Source of the DNA: Fibrobacteria bacterium
Lineage (GTDB): Bacteria > Fibrobacterota > Chitinivibrionia > Chitinivibrionales > FEN-1185
Length of the DNA stretch: 64,000 bases
Direction of reading: 5' to 3'
Assembly (NCBI GenBank): GCA_037447435.1
Contig: JBBIGR010000007.1
Coordinates: 32,001 to 96,000 of the forward strand
Position 1 is the first letter of the stretch, and every line of letters starts with the position of its first letter. The notes under the pieces are model-generated. The model had not been told where the DNA came from. It saw only the letters and a program-made list of their open reading frames with translations, and did no database searches. Shown in pieces: positions 55,475 to 64,000 of this stretch. The position numbers and the translations under genes are program-made.

Positions 55475-58312
55475 TCAAGGCATTACCCTGGCCTTTACAA
55501 TATAAACGCCGTTGCCGTTCAAATCCACGAATTGGTCCTTGGAAACGGATCTTTTCAGCAGCTTTCCCGATATGTCATACACCGTAACCGCTTTTATTTT
55601 TCCGGAAAGCAGGCGGGGAAATTGGGCCTTGTTTCCATTGATTCTCATGGTCATCGAATAGGGCGGCATGGATAGCGTCGCTTTCGGAACCATGCCCGTT
55701 ACCGACGATAAAGGAATCTCTTTTACCGCACTGTTATAGCCTTCGATAAAAAGTTTCGGCGAATCCGATCCGAGCTTTGCCGCATCGAATTCTATGGTGA
55801 AATTCTTGGTTTCGCCTTTTAAAAGCGAAAAATAATTATCTGCAAGAAGGATGGGCAAAATCCGTTCCGCGGTGTTTCCCTTAGTTACTTTCAAACGGTT
55901 TGCAAAAGCAATTGCATTCGATGTCGGCGGGTTGGTTACCGAGACATCGATGAAAAAGCCGTCCCCGGATTTTTTTCCCGATGCCGATGCGACAAGGTCG
56001 ACTTTGGCCATTGCGCTCAGGCCTGTTGCGTATTTTAAATGCGTCGTGCCTTTCCAATAGAAGTTTTCGGAAACAACGGCATTGGCATTATCCGTAAGCA
56101 ATAATTTTATGAAATAGGTCGATGAAAGCGACGACGGAAACGGTATGGCAAAGCAATTGGCAAGGGTATTTGCCGTTACCGAGACGGTTACGGAATTGTG
56201 GTATTGCTGCGAACCGTCGTAATTGTAAATCCACGCCTCGGCTTTCAGGCCCGACATCGGCTGGCGGGAGGTGTTGGCGACCTTGACCATATCGCCGTTA
56301 TAGCTGTAGAAAATATGAACGGGCTCGCACGCCTTTTTTGCCGCCCAATACGCGCCCGTGGCCTCGCCGTAATAATCGTAAAGCTGCCACACGAAAATGG
56401 GAAACGGCGCCATGCTCATCCACACCATGAGGCCCGAGGCATTGTTCCACAAATGGTCGAGCCAGCCTTCGTAAAACGCCTTGTAATTCTCTAAAGACAA
56501 TAGCTGGCTTTTTTTACAGAAATCGTCTATTGTCGATGCGGTTCCGTATCTGCCGTCTATCGCGGCGGTGAAATTCGAAAATACCGCGTTACTCCAGGAT
56601 CCGTCGGGCGGGGCGGTGAAATGGTCGAGCCACAGTTTATTGTTTGTCGGCGGCCATTGGGAATTGGAAGGGATGAACTGGTTGACGCTTTCAAGTACCG
56701 GGACGACCGGCGTGCCTCCTTCGCTGCGCATACCCCAGGCAGGGAACCGCGCTTCGCCGGGATAACTCGGATTGCCGTCTGCGCCGCTGCCGGTAAAATA
56801 GCCCTTGACGTCTATGACCGTGTACGGCCCGCTTCCCGACGTACCGTTCGCGTTCGACCGGGGCTGGTATCGCCGGTCGTCGGCATCATAGGTTTTAATC
56901 GCATTTACAAGATATCCGTTCAGCGGTTCTATGGGCGTTCCCTCGTTTTCCCCGCACCACAAGGCGATGCAGGCATGGTTGCGGAAACGTTTGATCTTTT
57001 CGATTGCGCAGGTGTTGAACAAATCGCTTTCCTCCGCCGACACGCTGGTATAATTCCAATACCCGAGCCAGAAATCGTCCCAGACCATGATGCCGTATTT
57101 GTCGCAGGCATTGTAAAAGTCCTCGTCGAAAGTACAACCGGTCCAATTCCGCACGATATTGAAATTCAAATGAGCGTGCAGTTTTAAATGATCGTCATAT
57201 TGCTTTCCCCGGAGCCTGAACAGACATTCCGGCATTCCCCAATTGCCGCCTTTGCAATAAATTTTAACTCCATTGACGAAAAAATGCAGAACACCGCCGA
57301 GCGTATCGTAGGTGAATTTCCGTATTCCGAAAGAAATGTCCTTTGCATCGGAAACCGCATTGTTTTGTAAGACAGCGACGCTCACGGTGCAGAGGTCCGC
57401 CTTGCCGTACCCGTTGGGCCACCAAAGCCTGGGATTGGCAATCGTCAAGACAGGGTTTGTCGATTTGTCGAAAATGATTGTCCGTGTTTCGTTTGCGTTG
57501 AGGGAAATATCCTTGGAAATTGCGATTGCTCCGGGATAAAGGGTCGCGTTCAAAGTCGCATTTTGCGCTGCGGCCGAATTATTACGGACCGTTACGCGCA
57601 GTTCAAGATCCGCAGTGGCGGCCGCGGGTAATGCAAGGTCGCTTCGCACCCAGGGATCCACAAGAGACACTGCGCCGCTGGTGCTTAAAAAGACATCGTC
57701 GATGATTCCCTGATTTTGCCCCGGAACGGGCGGTACCCAATCGGTTCCTTGCGTCGCGTAAAACGTCGGGATTTTATTGTCGGTAGGATATGCAAGCACG
57801 GCCAGCGCATTCGGGCCGCTTTGGTTAAGCAGGGCGGTAATATCGAATTTGCCCCTCACAAGCACGCCGCGTATAGAGCCCAGTTTCGTGCCGTTCAGGT
57901 AAATGTCGGCGTATTTGTAAATACCGGCGAAATTGAGCCATACGATGCCTGCCGAATAACCCGCAGGTACGGTAAATTCGGTCCTGAACCAGAAATTGCG
58001 GTTATAGGTGTTTTTATTAATGGTAAATGCGTTGTCGGCATTTGTAAACTCTTTTTCCAAGCCGGCCGCGATATACGAGGCGATTACGGTTCCCGGGACA
58101 ATCGCGTTCACCCAGGCCGTGGCGTTATAGCCTTGCTTCGAAATGACCGTCCCCGAGTCGGGCACGTCGGCAACGGCGCGTAATTTCCAGTTTGTCGATG
58201 GGTTGCTGTTGGAAATCGAAAGCTTGTTCGGCGCAGCGGCACAGACATGGTCAACCCAAACCGCGGACGTTGCGACAATAAAAAATGCAATACGAAAACA
58301 AATTCTATTCAT
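55475..58312 (-). CDS. Secreted GH2 glycoside hydrolase (beta-mannosidase/exo-glucosaminidase-like) with T9SS-like tail
   Basis: VPGTV, FWFRTEF, LWWPNGYG, FGIR, KGGNWG, CDKYGIMVWDDF, RNHACIALWCGENE, SEGG; tail VYDISGK...GVYIV. Confidence 0.9.
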   Translation of the reverse strand: MNRICFRIAFFIVATSAVWVDHVCAAAPNKLSISNSNPSTNWKLRAVADVPDSGTVISKQGYNATAWVNAIVPGTVIASYIAAGLEKEFTNADNAFTINKNTYNRNFWFRTEFTVPAGYSAGIVWLNFAGIYKYADIYLNGTKLGSIRGVLVRGKFDITALLNQSGPNALAVLAYPTDNKIPTFYATQGTDWVPPVPGQNQGIIDDVFLSTSGAVSLVDPWVRSDLALPAAATADLELRVTVRNNSAAAQNATLNATLYPGAIAISKDISLNANETRTIIFDKSTNPVLTIANPRLWWPNGYGKADLCTVSVAVLQNNAVSDAKDISFGIRKFTYDTLGGVLHFFVNGVKIYCKGGNWGMPECLFRLRGKQYDDHLKLHAHLNFNIVRNWTGCTFDEDFYNACDKYGIMVWDDFWLGYWNYTSVSAEESDLFNTCAIEKIKRFRNHACIALWCGENEGTPIEPLNGYLVNAIKTYDADDRRYQPRSNANGTSGSGPYTVIDVKGYFTGSGADGNPSYPGEARFPAWGMRSEGGTPVVPVLESVNQFIPSNSQWPPTNNKLWLDHFTAPPDGSWSNAVFSNFTAAIDGRYGTASTIDDFCKKSQLLSLENYKAFYEGWLDHLWNNASGLMVWMSMAPFPIFVWQLYDYYGEATGAYWAAKKACEPVHIFYSYNGDMVKVANTSRQPMSGLKAEAWIYNYDGSQQYHNSVTVSVTANTLANCFAIPFPSSLSSTYFIKLLLTDNANAVVSENFYWKGTTHLKYATGLSAMAKVDLVASASGKKSGDGFFIDVSVTNPPTSNAIAFANRLKVTKGNTAERILPILLADNYFSLLKGETKNFTIEFDAAKLGSDSPKLFIEGYNSAVKEIPLSSVTGMVPKATLSMPPYSMTMRINGNKAQFPRLLSGKIKAVTVYDISGKLLKRSVSKDQFVDLNGNGVYIVKARVMP

Positions 58313-58357
58313 GGTCCCCTCCATAAAATGAATATTATTCGATGCGATGCGGATGTT

Positions 58358-59365
58358 TCAGCAAATTCTCGGCAACAGTTCTCCCGGCGGCATCTCGACA
58401 GGGCGAGTACCGCCAATCGACGTTTTTAACAAAACGGGAAACCGGTCTTTTTCAACAACATGCCCAATCACGCAGGCGTCTTTTGCATTCGGAAAAACCC
58501 GCAGAGCCGCAACCGCTTTGTCGGCCCAGTCCGCAGGTACAATGATTGCAAACCGACCTTCGTTGGCAATATGCAACGGGTCCATACCCAGAAACGAACA
58601 GGCTCCCTTGACAACCGGTGGAATCGGAATTGCCGATTCCTGCAACACGATACTGACTTTAGAATCGGTCGCGATTTCATGCAATACCGCGGCAATGCCC
58701 CCGCGGGTCGCGTCGCGCATGACCCTGGTTTGGGGCACGGCGTCGAGCACCGCCTTTGCAAGCGGCCATAACGGCGCGCAATCCGATTCGGCAGCGGAGG
58801 CAAAATGCAGGTTTTCCCGTTGCGCAAGGATGGTTACCCCGTGCAAGCCGATGCCGCCGCTCACGACGACCGCGTCGCCCGGTTTTGCATAGGCAGCAGA
58901 CAGCGAAATACCGACCTGGACAATGCCGATTCCGGCGGTGTTGATGAACAATCCGTCGGCCTTGCCTTTGTCGACAACCTTGGTGTCGCCGCAGGCAATT
59001 TTTATGCCCATTGATGCGCAAATTTGCGAAAGCGAAGAGAGTATCCTGGCGAGTTTCTCAAAAGCAAATCCCTCTTCAAGGATCAGGGAAACCGACATCA
59101 GCATCGGGCGGGCACCCATCATAGACAAATCGTTGATCGTGCCGCATGCCGCCAGGGTGCCGATGTTGCCGCCGGGAAATTCCAAAGGAGAAACCACGAA
59201 CGAATCCGTGGTAAAGGCCAGTCTTCTGCCGGGAATGTCGAAAACGAACGCGTCTTCGAGAATGCCGGTGCCGCCGGGAATGAGCGCCGGCATCACAACG
59301 GTCGACAGTAATTCCTGTAACCCTTTTCCGCTGCCGTGCGAAAGCCGTACCGTGGTTGTCGTCAT
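58358..59365 (-). CDS. hypE: Hydrogenase maturation protein HypE
   Basis: TTDSFVV.P.EFPGG.IG, GDTKVV, MRDATRGG, ANEG, C-terminal PRIC. Confidence 0.97.
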   Translation of the reverse strand: MTTTTVRLSHGSGKGLQELLSTVVMPALIPGGTGILEDAFVFDIPGRRLAFTTDSFVVSPLEFPGGNIGTLAACGTINDLSMMGARPMLMSVSLILEEGFAFEKLARILSSLSQICASMGIKIACGDTKVVDKGKADGLFINTAGIGIVQVGISLSAAYAKPGDAVVVSGGIGLHGVTILAQRENLHFASAAESDCAPLWPLAKAVLDAVPQTRVMRDATRGGIAAVLHEIATDSKVSIVLQESAIPIPPVVKGACSFLGMDPLHIANEGRFAIIVPADWADKAVAALRVFPNAKDACVIGHVVEKDRFPVLLKTSIGGTRPVEMPPGELLPRIC

Positions 59366-59368
59366 GTC

Positions 59369-60463
59369 TTAAGCTCCGTATTTATAATAGGCTGCGCAGG
59401 ATCCCTCGCTCGATACCATGCAAGGCCCAACCGGGTTGCTTGGCGTGCACGACGTGCCGAACAGCGGGCATTCTACCGGTTTTATCCGTCCCTTGAGCAC
59501 GTCGCCGCAACTGCAGGCCTCGGGCATTTCGCTATCGTCAATATTTCCCATGCTGAACCGTTTTGTCGCGTCGAAAAAACCGAATTCGTCGGTAATCGTC
59601 AGCCCGCTTTGCGGCAATTTACCTATGCCGCGCCACAGGGCATCGGCGACGCGGAAAACCCGGTACACCAATTCCTGCGCCAGGGGATTTCCCTGCGGCT
59701 TCGCGATGCGCGTGTACGCATTGACAATTGCCGATTTCTTATGTCGCAACATGTCCGTCACCAGGAGAATTCCCGCCAAAATGTCGAGGGGTTCGAACCC
59801 GGTTATTGCCGAAGGCAGGCCCTGGTCTGCGAGAAATTGATAGGGCGTTTGCCCTATGATCGCGCTCACATGGCCCGGTAATATGAAGCCCGATAAGCCG
59901 AGCTGTTTGTCGGCGATGAGTATTTCCAGGGCAGGCGGCACGATTTTATGGGAAACGAAAAACGAGAGGTTTTGCAGGCCTTCGTTTGCCGCGTTCATAA
60001 TCGCTTTTGCCGAAGCCGGCGTCGTTGTTTCAAAACCGACCGTGAGGAAAACCACCTGCTGGCCGGCATGCGCTTTTGCAATGTCAAGGGCAATGAGCGG
60101 CGAAGTGACGATGTCGATGTCCGCGCCTTTGGATTTTGCCTCTTCAAGAGAAGTGTGAATTCCGGGCACGCGGATCAGATCGCCGTAGGTGACGATGCGC
60201 GCCCCGTACGATAACGCAAGGTCTGCCGCGGCATCGATATAGCTGCCGGGTGTGACGCAAACCGGACATCCTGGTCCCGAAATCAAATCGATATTTTTAG
60301 GTAATAATGAACGAAGTCCGAGTCTGCCGATTTCCATGGTATGGGTGCCGCACACTTCCATGAGCCGTACTTGTCCGAGGGATTGCGAGGCAAGGGCGAT
60401 TTTATCGAGCAAAAGTTTTGCGGTCGAATCATCGGAAAAATTAACGAATGCCATCTTTTTCAA
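59369..60463 (-). CDS. hypD: Hydrogenase maturation protein HypD
   Basis: MEVCGTH, GPGCPVCVTP, GFETT, PGHVS, CPLFG..CTP..PVGPCMVSSEG.CAA. Confidence 0.97.
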   Translation of the reverse strand: MKKMAFVNFSDDSTAKLLLDKIALASQSLGQVRLMEVCGTHTMEIGRLGLRSLLPKNIDLISGPGCPVCVTPGSYIDAAADLALSYGARIVTYGDLIRVPGIHTSLEEAKSKGADIDIVTSPLIALDIAKAHAGQQVVFLTVGFETTTPASAKAIMNAANEGLQNLSFFVSHKIVPPALEILIADKQLGLSGFILPGHVSAIIGQTPYQFLADQGLPSAITGFEPLDILAGILLVTDMLRHKKSAIVNAYTRIAKPQGNPLAQELVYRVFRVADALWRGIGKLPQSGLTITDEFGFFDATKRFSMGNIDDSEMPEACSCGDVLKGRIKPVECPLFGTSCTPSNPVGPCMVSSEGSCAAYYKYGA

Positions 60464-60677
60464 CCGCCTCCGCTAAATCTTTGAGTAAATCGAGCGTGAT
60501 CTTAGCCTCTTCCTCATTGTATTTCTGAATTGCAAAGCCGACATGCACCATGACATAATCGCCGACGCGGACTTCTTCTATCAAAGAAATATCGGCAGTG
60601 GTAATATTGCCGAGCATATCGACGGTGGCGATATCGCCGCTGATGGTTATCACTTTTCCCGGAACAGCAAGACACAT
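60441..60677 (-). CDS. hypC: Hydrogenase chaperone HypC
   Basis: MCLAVP, VGDYVMVHVGFAI. Confidence 0.97.
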   Translation of the reverse strand: MCLAVPGKVITISGDIATVDMLGNITTADISLIEEVRVGDYVMVHVGFAIQKYNEEEAKITLDLLKDLAEAVEKDGIR

Positions 60678-60738
60678 GTGGCAAAATCCTTCTATTTGGT
60701 GAACTGTCGGACCGAAGCATTAAAATAATTCGTTAAAT

Positions 60739-63030
60739 TCAAGTTTTTTGAGAAATAACATTTTTCGCAGCTGCGACAACCAATTGACCGTACGAAATGC
60801 TCTCGTCGTTTGGCGGCATGCGGCGATGCAGAACCGGTATGAGCCCGGATTGCCGTAACAAAGGCACAAGACGCGAAACAAGCATCGCATTTTGAAAAAC
60901 CCCGCCGCATAAACATACGTAGTTATTCCGGCATTGTTGCGCGCAAATTGTCGCCGCCGCAGCGGTTGCCTGTGCAAGAGTCGTATGAAAACGGGCTGCA
61001 ATAATGGGTATGGCTACCTTATCTTTTAAATCGTACCAGATTTCCCCAAGCATCGCCTGCGCATCGATCGAAATTCCGTTTTCGTCAAAACCCAAAGGCG
61101 AACCGTATGCGCCGCTTTCATGTTCATCGGCTATTCCCTCGAGCAATATTGCAGGCTGCCCTTCATAGTTGCGATACGTGCAAATGCCCAGCAAAGCGGA
61201 CACCGCATCAAAGAGCCGTCCCATACCGCATGATTGAGGGCTGTTCGTTTTTGATGCGCATAAGTCCAGGACCGCTTGCTTTTCACCGTCAGGCATCCAA
61301 GGCATGGTTTGGAAAATGTCTTTTCCCAGTATCGGGGCAAGACCGGCCACGGCAATGCGACCGGGATTTTTTATCGCCTCATCGCCGCCGGGTAAAGATA
61401 AATACGACATATGCCCGAGTCGCGTATACGACGCATAGCTCGCGTGCAAAAATTCGCTGCCCCAAATCGTCCCGTCGTCGCCGTAGCCGGTGCCGTCGAA
61501 AACGATGCACAGGGCATTGTCGGGAATTTCGTTTTCGGCCATGCAGGCCGCGGCATGGGCATGATGGTGCTGGACGGTCGCAACCGGTACCCCTTGCTGG
61601 TTGGCATACGATAAAACCAGGGATTGGGGATGCATGTCGCAAATAAACGCTTTTGGCAACACGTTTAGCGCATGCGTCAAATGGCGCACGGTGCGGTCCA
61701 TTGCGTCGAGGTCTTCGAGCGTTTCCACGGTACCCAGGTACTGGGAGCAATAACAATTCGCTCCTCTGCCGACCGCTATGGTGCTTTTGAGCACGCCGCC
61801 CAGCGCTACAAGTGAATCGACCGGTATCGGGGACGGCAATGCCTGCGGCACGAAACCGCGCGAGCGGCGCAACATCATCGGCGCATCGCCGATCGTCCGC
61901 ACAATGGAATCGTCGTTGCGTATGTAAATGTCGCGGTCGTGTGTGAGAAACGCGTCGGCAATGCCGGAAAGCGACGCGAGGGCGTCGCTATTGTCAAAGC
62001 ATATCGGCCTCTCCGAACTGTTTGCGCTTGTCATGACCAGCGGCACATCGATGCCGCCGCCGGAGGCAAACAGCAGATGGTGTATGGGCGTATAGGGTAG
62101 CATGATGCCCAGGGTCGTCATATTCGGCGCGACAGCATTGCTTATAGATAAAGGTCCGGGCTTTTTCCTGAGAATAACGATGGGGTTTTCCCTGCTTTGC
62201 AGCAACCGGAGTTCATCGGCGGAAATATCGGCGAGGCTTTGCGCCTGTTTTGCCGAACCCGCCATAAGCGCAAAAGGCTTTTCTTCGCGATGCTTTTTCC
62301 ACCGAAGCCTTTGCACCGCCTCGTCGTTATCGGCCCTGCATGCCAAATGAAAACCGCCGATTCCTTTTATCGCGACGATATTGCCTTTTAGCAATAAATC
62401 CGCTGTTTGTAAAATCGGGTCCCGGCCCGCGATGGGAAAGCCCTGGGAATCTAAAAGCGATAGTGTGGGGCCGCAAAAGTTGCAGCAAATGGGCTGGGCA
62501 TGGTATCGCCGGTTCGTCGGATCTTCGTATTCTTTTTTGCAATCGTCGCACAGGGGAAATTGCGCCATGGTGGTGCTGCAGCGGTCGTAGGGCAATTCCC
62601 TGATAATGGTATAACGCGGACCGCAATCCGTGCAATTGATGAACGAATGACGGTACCGTCTGTCAGCCGGATCGAACAGTTCGGCGCGGCACGAGTCGCA
62701 TAGTCCGGTGTCGGCGGTAATGTCGATGCAAAGCGGTCCGTCGTTTTCACTGGCAACGATGCAAAATTCCGCGGGAACGTCGGCAGGAAAAAATTCTTCA
62801 ATATCAATTTTATTGATGCGTGCCAAGACCGGTGCTAGCGACCGTATGGTGTCGATAAAGCCGTCGATATCCGTTTTGTTTCCATGCGCGCAGACGGTCA
62901 CGCCGCCCGTCCCGTTTGAAACTGAACCGGTAACGGCATGCGCAAGCGCGGCCCGGTATACAAAGGGCCTAAAGCCGACGCCTTGTACCGTGCCGCAAAT
63001 AGTGATTTTAACGGAAATAATTTGATTCAT
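60739..63030 (-). CDS. hypF: Carbamoyltransferase HypF
   Basis: GTVQGVGFRPF, CxxC zinc fingers, KGIGGFHL, QHHHAH, DGTGYG, GRLFDA, PPND. Confidence 0.97.
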   Translation of the reverse strand: MNQIISVKITICGTVQGVGFRPFVYRAALAHAVTGSVSNGTGGVTVCAHGNKTDIDGFIDTIRSLAPVLARINKIDIEEFFPADVPAEFCIVASENDGPLCIDITADTGLCDSCRAELFDPADRRYRHSFINCTDCGPRYTIIRELPYDRCSTTMAQFPLCDDCKKEYEDPTNRRYHAQPICCNFCGPTLSLLDSQGFPIAGRDPILQTADLLLKGNIVAIKGIGGFHLACRADNDEAVQRLRWKKHREEKPFALMAGSAKQAQSLADISADELRLLQSRENPIVILRKKPGPLSISNAVAPNMTTLGIMLPYTPIHHLLFASGGGIDVPLVMTSANSSERPICFDNSDALASLSGIADAFLTHDRDIYIRNDDSIVRTIGDAPMMLRRSRGFVPQALPSPIPVDSLVALGGVLKSTIAVGRGANCYCSQYLGTVETLEDLDAMDRTVRHLTHALNVLPKAFICDMHPQSLVLSYANQQGVPVATVQHHHAHAAACMAENEIPDNALCIVFDGTGYGDDGTIWGSEFLHASYASYTRLGHMSYLSLPGGDEAIKNPGRIAVAGLAPILGKDIFQTMPWMPDGEKQAVLDLCASKTNSPQSCGMGRLFDAVSALLGICTYRNYEGQPAILLEGIADEHESGAYGSPLGFDENGISIDAQAMLGEIWYDLKDKVAIPIIAARFHTTLAQATAAAATICAQQCRNNYVCLCGGVFQNAMLVSRLVPLLRQSGLIPVLHRRMPPNDESISYGQLVVAAAKNVISQKT

Positions 63031-63101
63031 GCAAAGAAAAAAATCCGGTCGGAAAGGTTTTCCCTTCGGGCAACCCGAAAGGGAGAAAATATTTTTTTAT
63101 T

Positions 63102-63749
63102 TCATTTTCCCGAATTCACGACGTAATTGAAAAAATCGTCCACCCCCTGCCCGGTGGTGCATGATGTTTTTATGATTGTCGCGTCGTTCCTCAATTTCCT
63201 GATGTCGCTTTCGGCGCGTTCGACATTGAAGTTTACGTATGGTAATAAGTCTATTTTGTTGATAACCACGACCTCGGCCCGTATAAACAGGCTCGGATAT
63301 TTAATGGGCTTTTCGTCGCCTTCGGTGGTCGACAGTACGGCGATCTTCACGTCTTCCCCCAAATCGTACGACGATGGGCAAACCAGGTTGCCGACGTTTT
63401 CGATGATAAGGCTGCTCACGCCTTCCAGGGAAAGCTTTTTAAGCTCCACGTTGATCATATGTGCGGTCAAATGGCATGAACCGCGCGTTTCGATTTGTAT
63501 TGCCCGGGCGCCCGCCGCCTCTATCCTGTTTTTGTCAAGTTGCGTCTGGATGTCGCCGGTTATGACCAATAGTTTTTTGCCGAGCCGTTTTCCCAGCGCT
63601 TCCATAAGCGATGTTTTGCCCGATCCGGGAGAGCTTATCACATTAAGCACCGAAAGCCCGGCAGCTTTGAATATCGCACGGTTTTCCTGAGCGATTGCGT
63701 CGTTTATCGCGTGCGCGCTTTTTGCGAGCCTTATTTTTTCAATCATCAT
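63102..63749 (-). CDS. hypB: Hydrogenase nickel incorporation GTPase HypB
   Basis: SSPGSGKT, CHL, ENVGNLVCP, EGDEKP.KYP, NKIDL. Confidence 0.97.
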   Translation of the reverse strand: MMIEKIRLAKSAHAINDAIAQENRAIFKAAGLSVLNVISSPGSGKTSLMEALGKRLGKKLLVITGDIQTQLDKNRIEAAGARAIQIETRGSCHLTAHMINVELKKLSLEGVSSLIIENVGNLVCPSSYDLGEDVKIAVLSTTEGDEKPIKYPSLFIRAEVVVINKIDLLPYVNFNVERAESDIRKLRNDATIIKTSCTTGQGVDDFFNYVVNSGK

Positions 63750-64000
63750 CGACCTCTATGCTTTCTATGGTACAATCGTGTCCGGATTTAATCGAGCGGT
63801 TATATCCGTTGCATGCGGGGCATGTCGCGCCCATGCTGTTTGCCGTATATTCCGTATTGCAAACGCACAAAAACGTCGCGGGAACTTCCTTGGTTTCCAC
63901 CGTCACGTCTTCCATGCCGAGTTCGGGCAAAACGATTTCGAGGTACATAAGAAGGGAATCAACGAAAATGCCGCTCAATATCCCCACGGCAAGCGTGATT
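63739..64000 (-). CDS. hypA: Hydrogenase nickel metallochaperone HypA (5'-truncated by window edge)
   Basis: VG.LSG, CVC...CPAC zinc site, G...IESIEV; directly upstream of hypB. Confidence 0.85.
   Translation of the reverse strand, partial: ITLAVGILSGIFVDSLLMYLEIVLPELGMEDVTVETKEVPATFLCVCNTEYTANSMGATCPACNGYNRSIKSGHDCTIESIEVDDD

Noticed and set aside
63058..63090. Hairpin between hypB and hypF (also one at 7523-7566)
   Set aside because: Likely ordinary intercistronic stability or termination hairpins; no further evidence.

Overview
A 64 kb chromosomal segment of a diderm bacterium. It is most likely Fibrobacterota (Chitinivibrionia/Chitinispirillia-like); this is inferred from a TIGR02147-family gene, a CBM11-like lipoprotein, a region-1.1-less RpoD-type sigma factor and five secreted proteins with T9SS-like C-terminal tails. 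Housekeeping and energy genes include dapF, folD, metK, glgP, hppA (K+-independent signature), corA, nhaD, an orphan mraY-like gene, larC and a hypA(partial)-B-F-C-D-E hydrogenase-maturation operon. Accessory content includes GH16, GH2 and orphan secreted proteins, a DUF4160/DUF2442 toxin-antitoxin-like pair, a dynamin-like GTPase, a secreted FIST protein paired with a HAMP-PAS-PP2C phosphatase, and a TAL-like ammonia-lyase near an aryl-polyene-type acyltransferase. I found no rRNA, tRNA, CRISPR array, transposase or integrase. The most interesting signals are non-coding: (1) a leader-peptide/antiterminator/terminator attenuator before an EamA exporter operon; (2) two sigma54 promoters, one with paired UAS-like sites and one with an IHF site, each driving an unknown 61-aa protein; (3) a GRATACA motif shared by the TIGR02147 and FIST upstream regions; (4) a 6-codon uORF containing a 13-nt perfect anti-SD complement before hppA; (5) a 159-nt rod-like MITE/ncRNA candidate; (6) a perfect CRP-type site; (7) repeated CGCTTAA-N3/4-TTAAGCG palindromes. 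All calls come from motif recognition by eye; no database searches were run.
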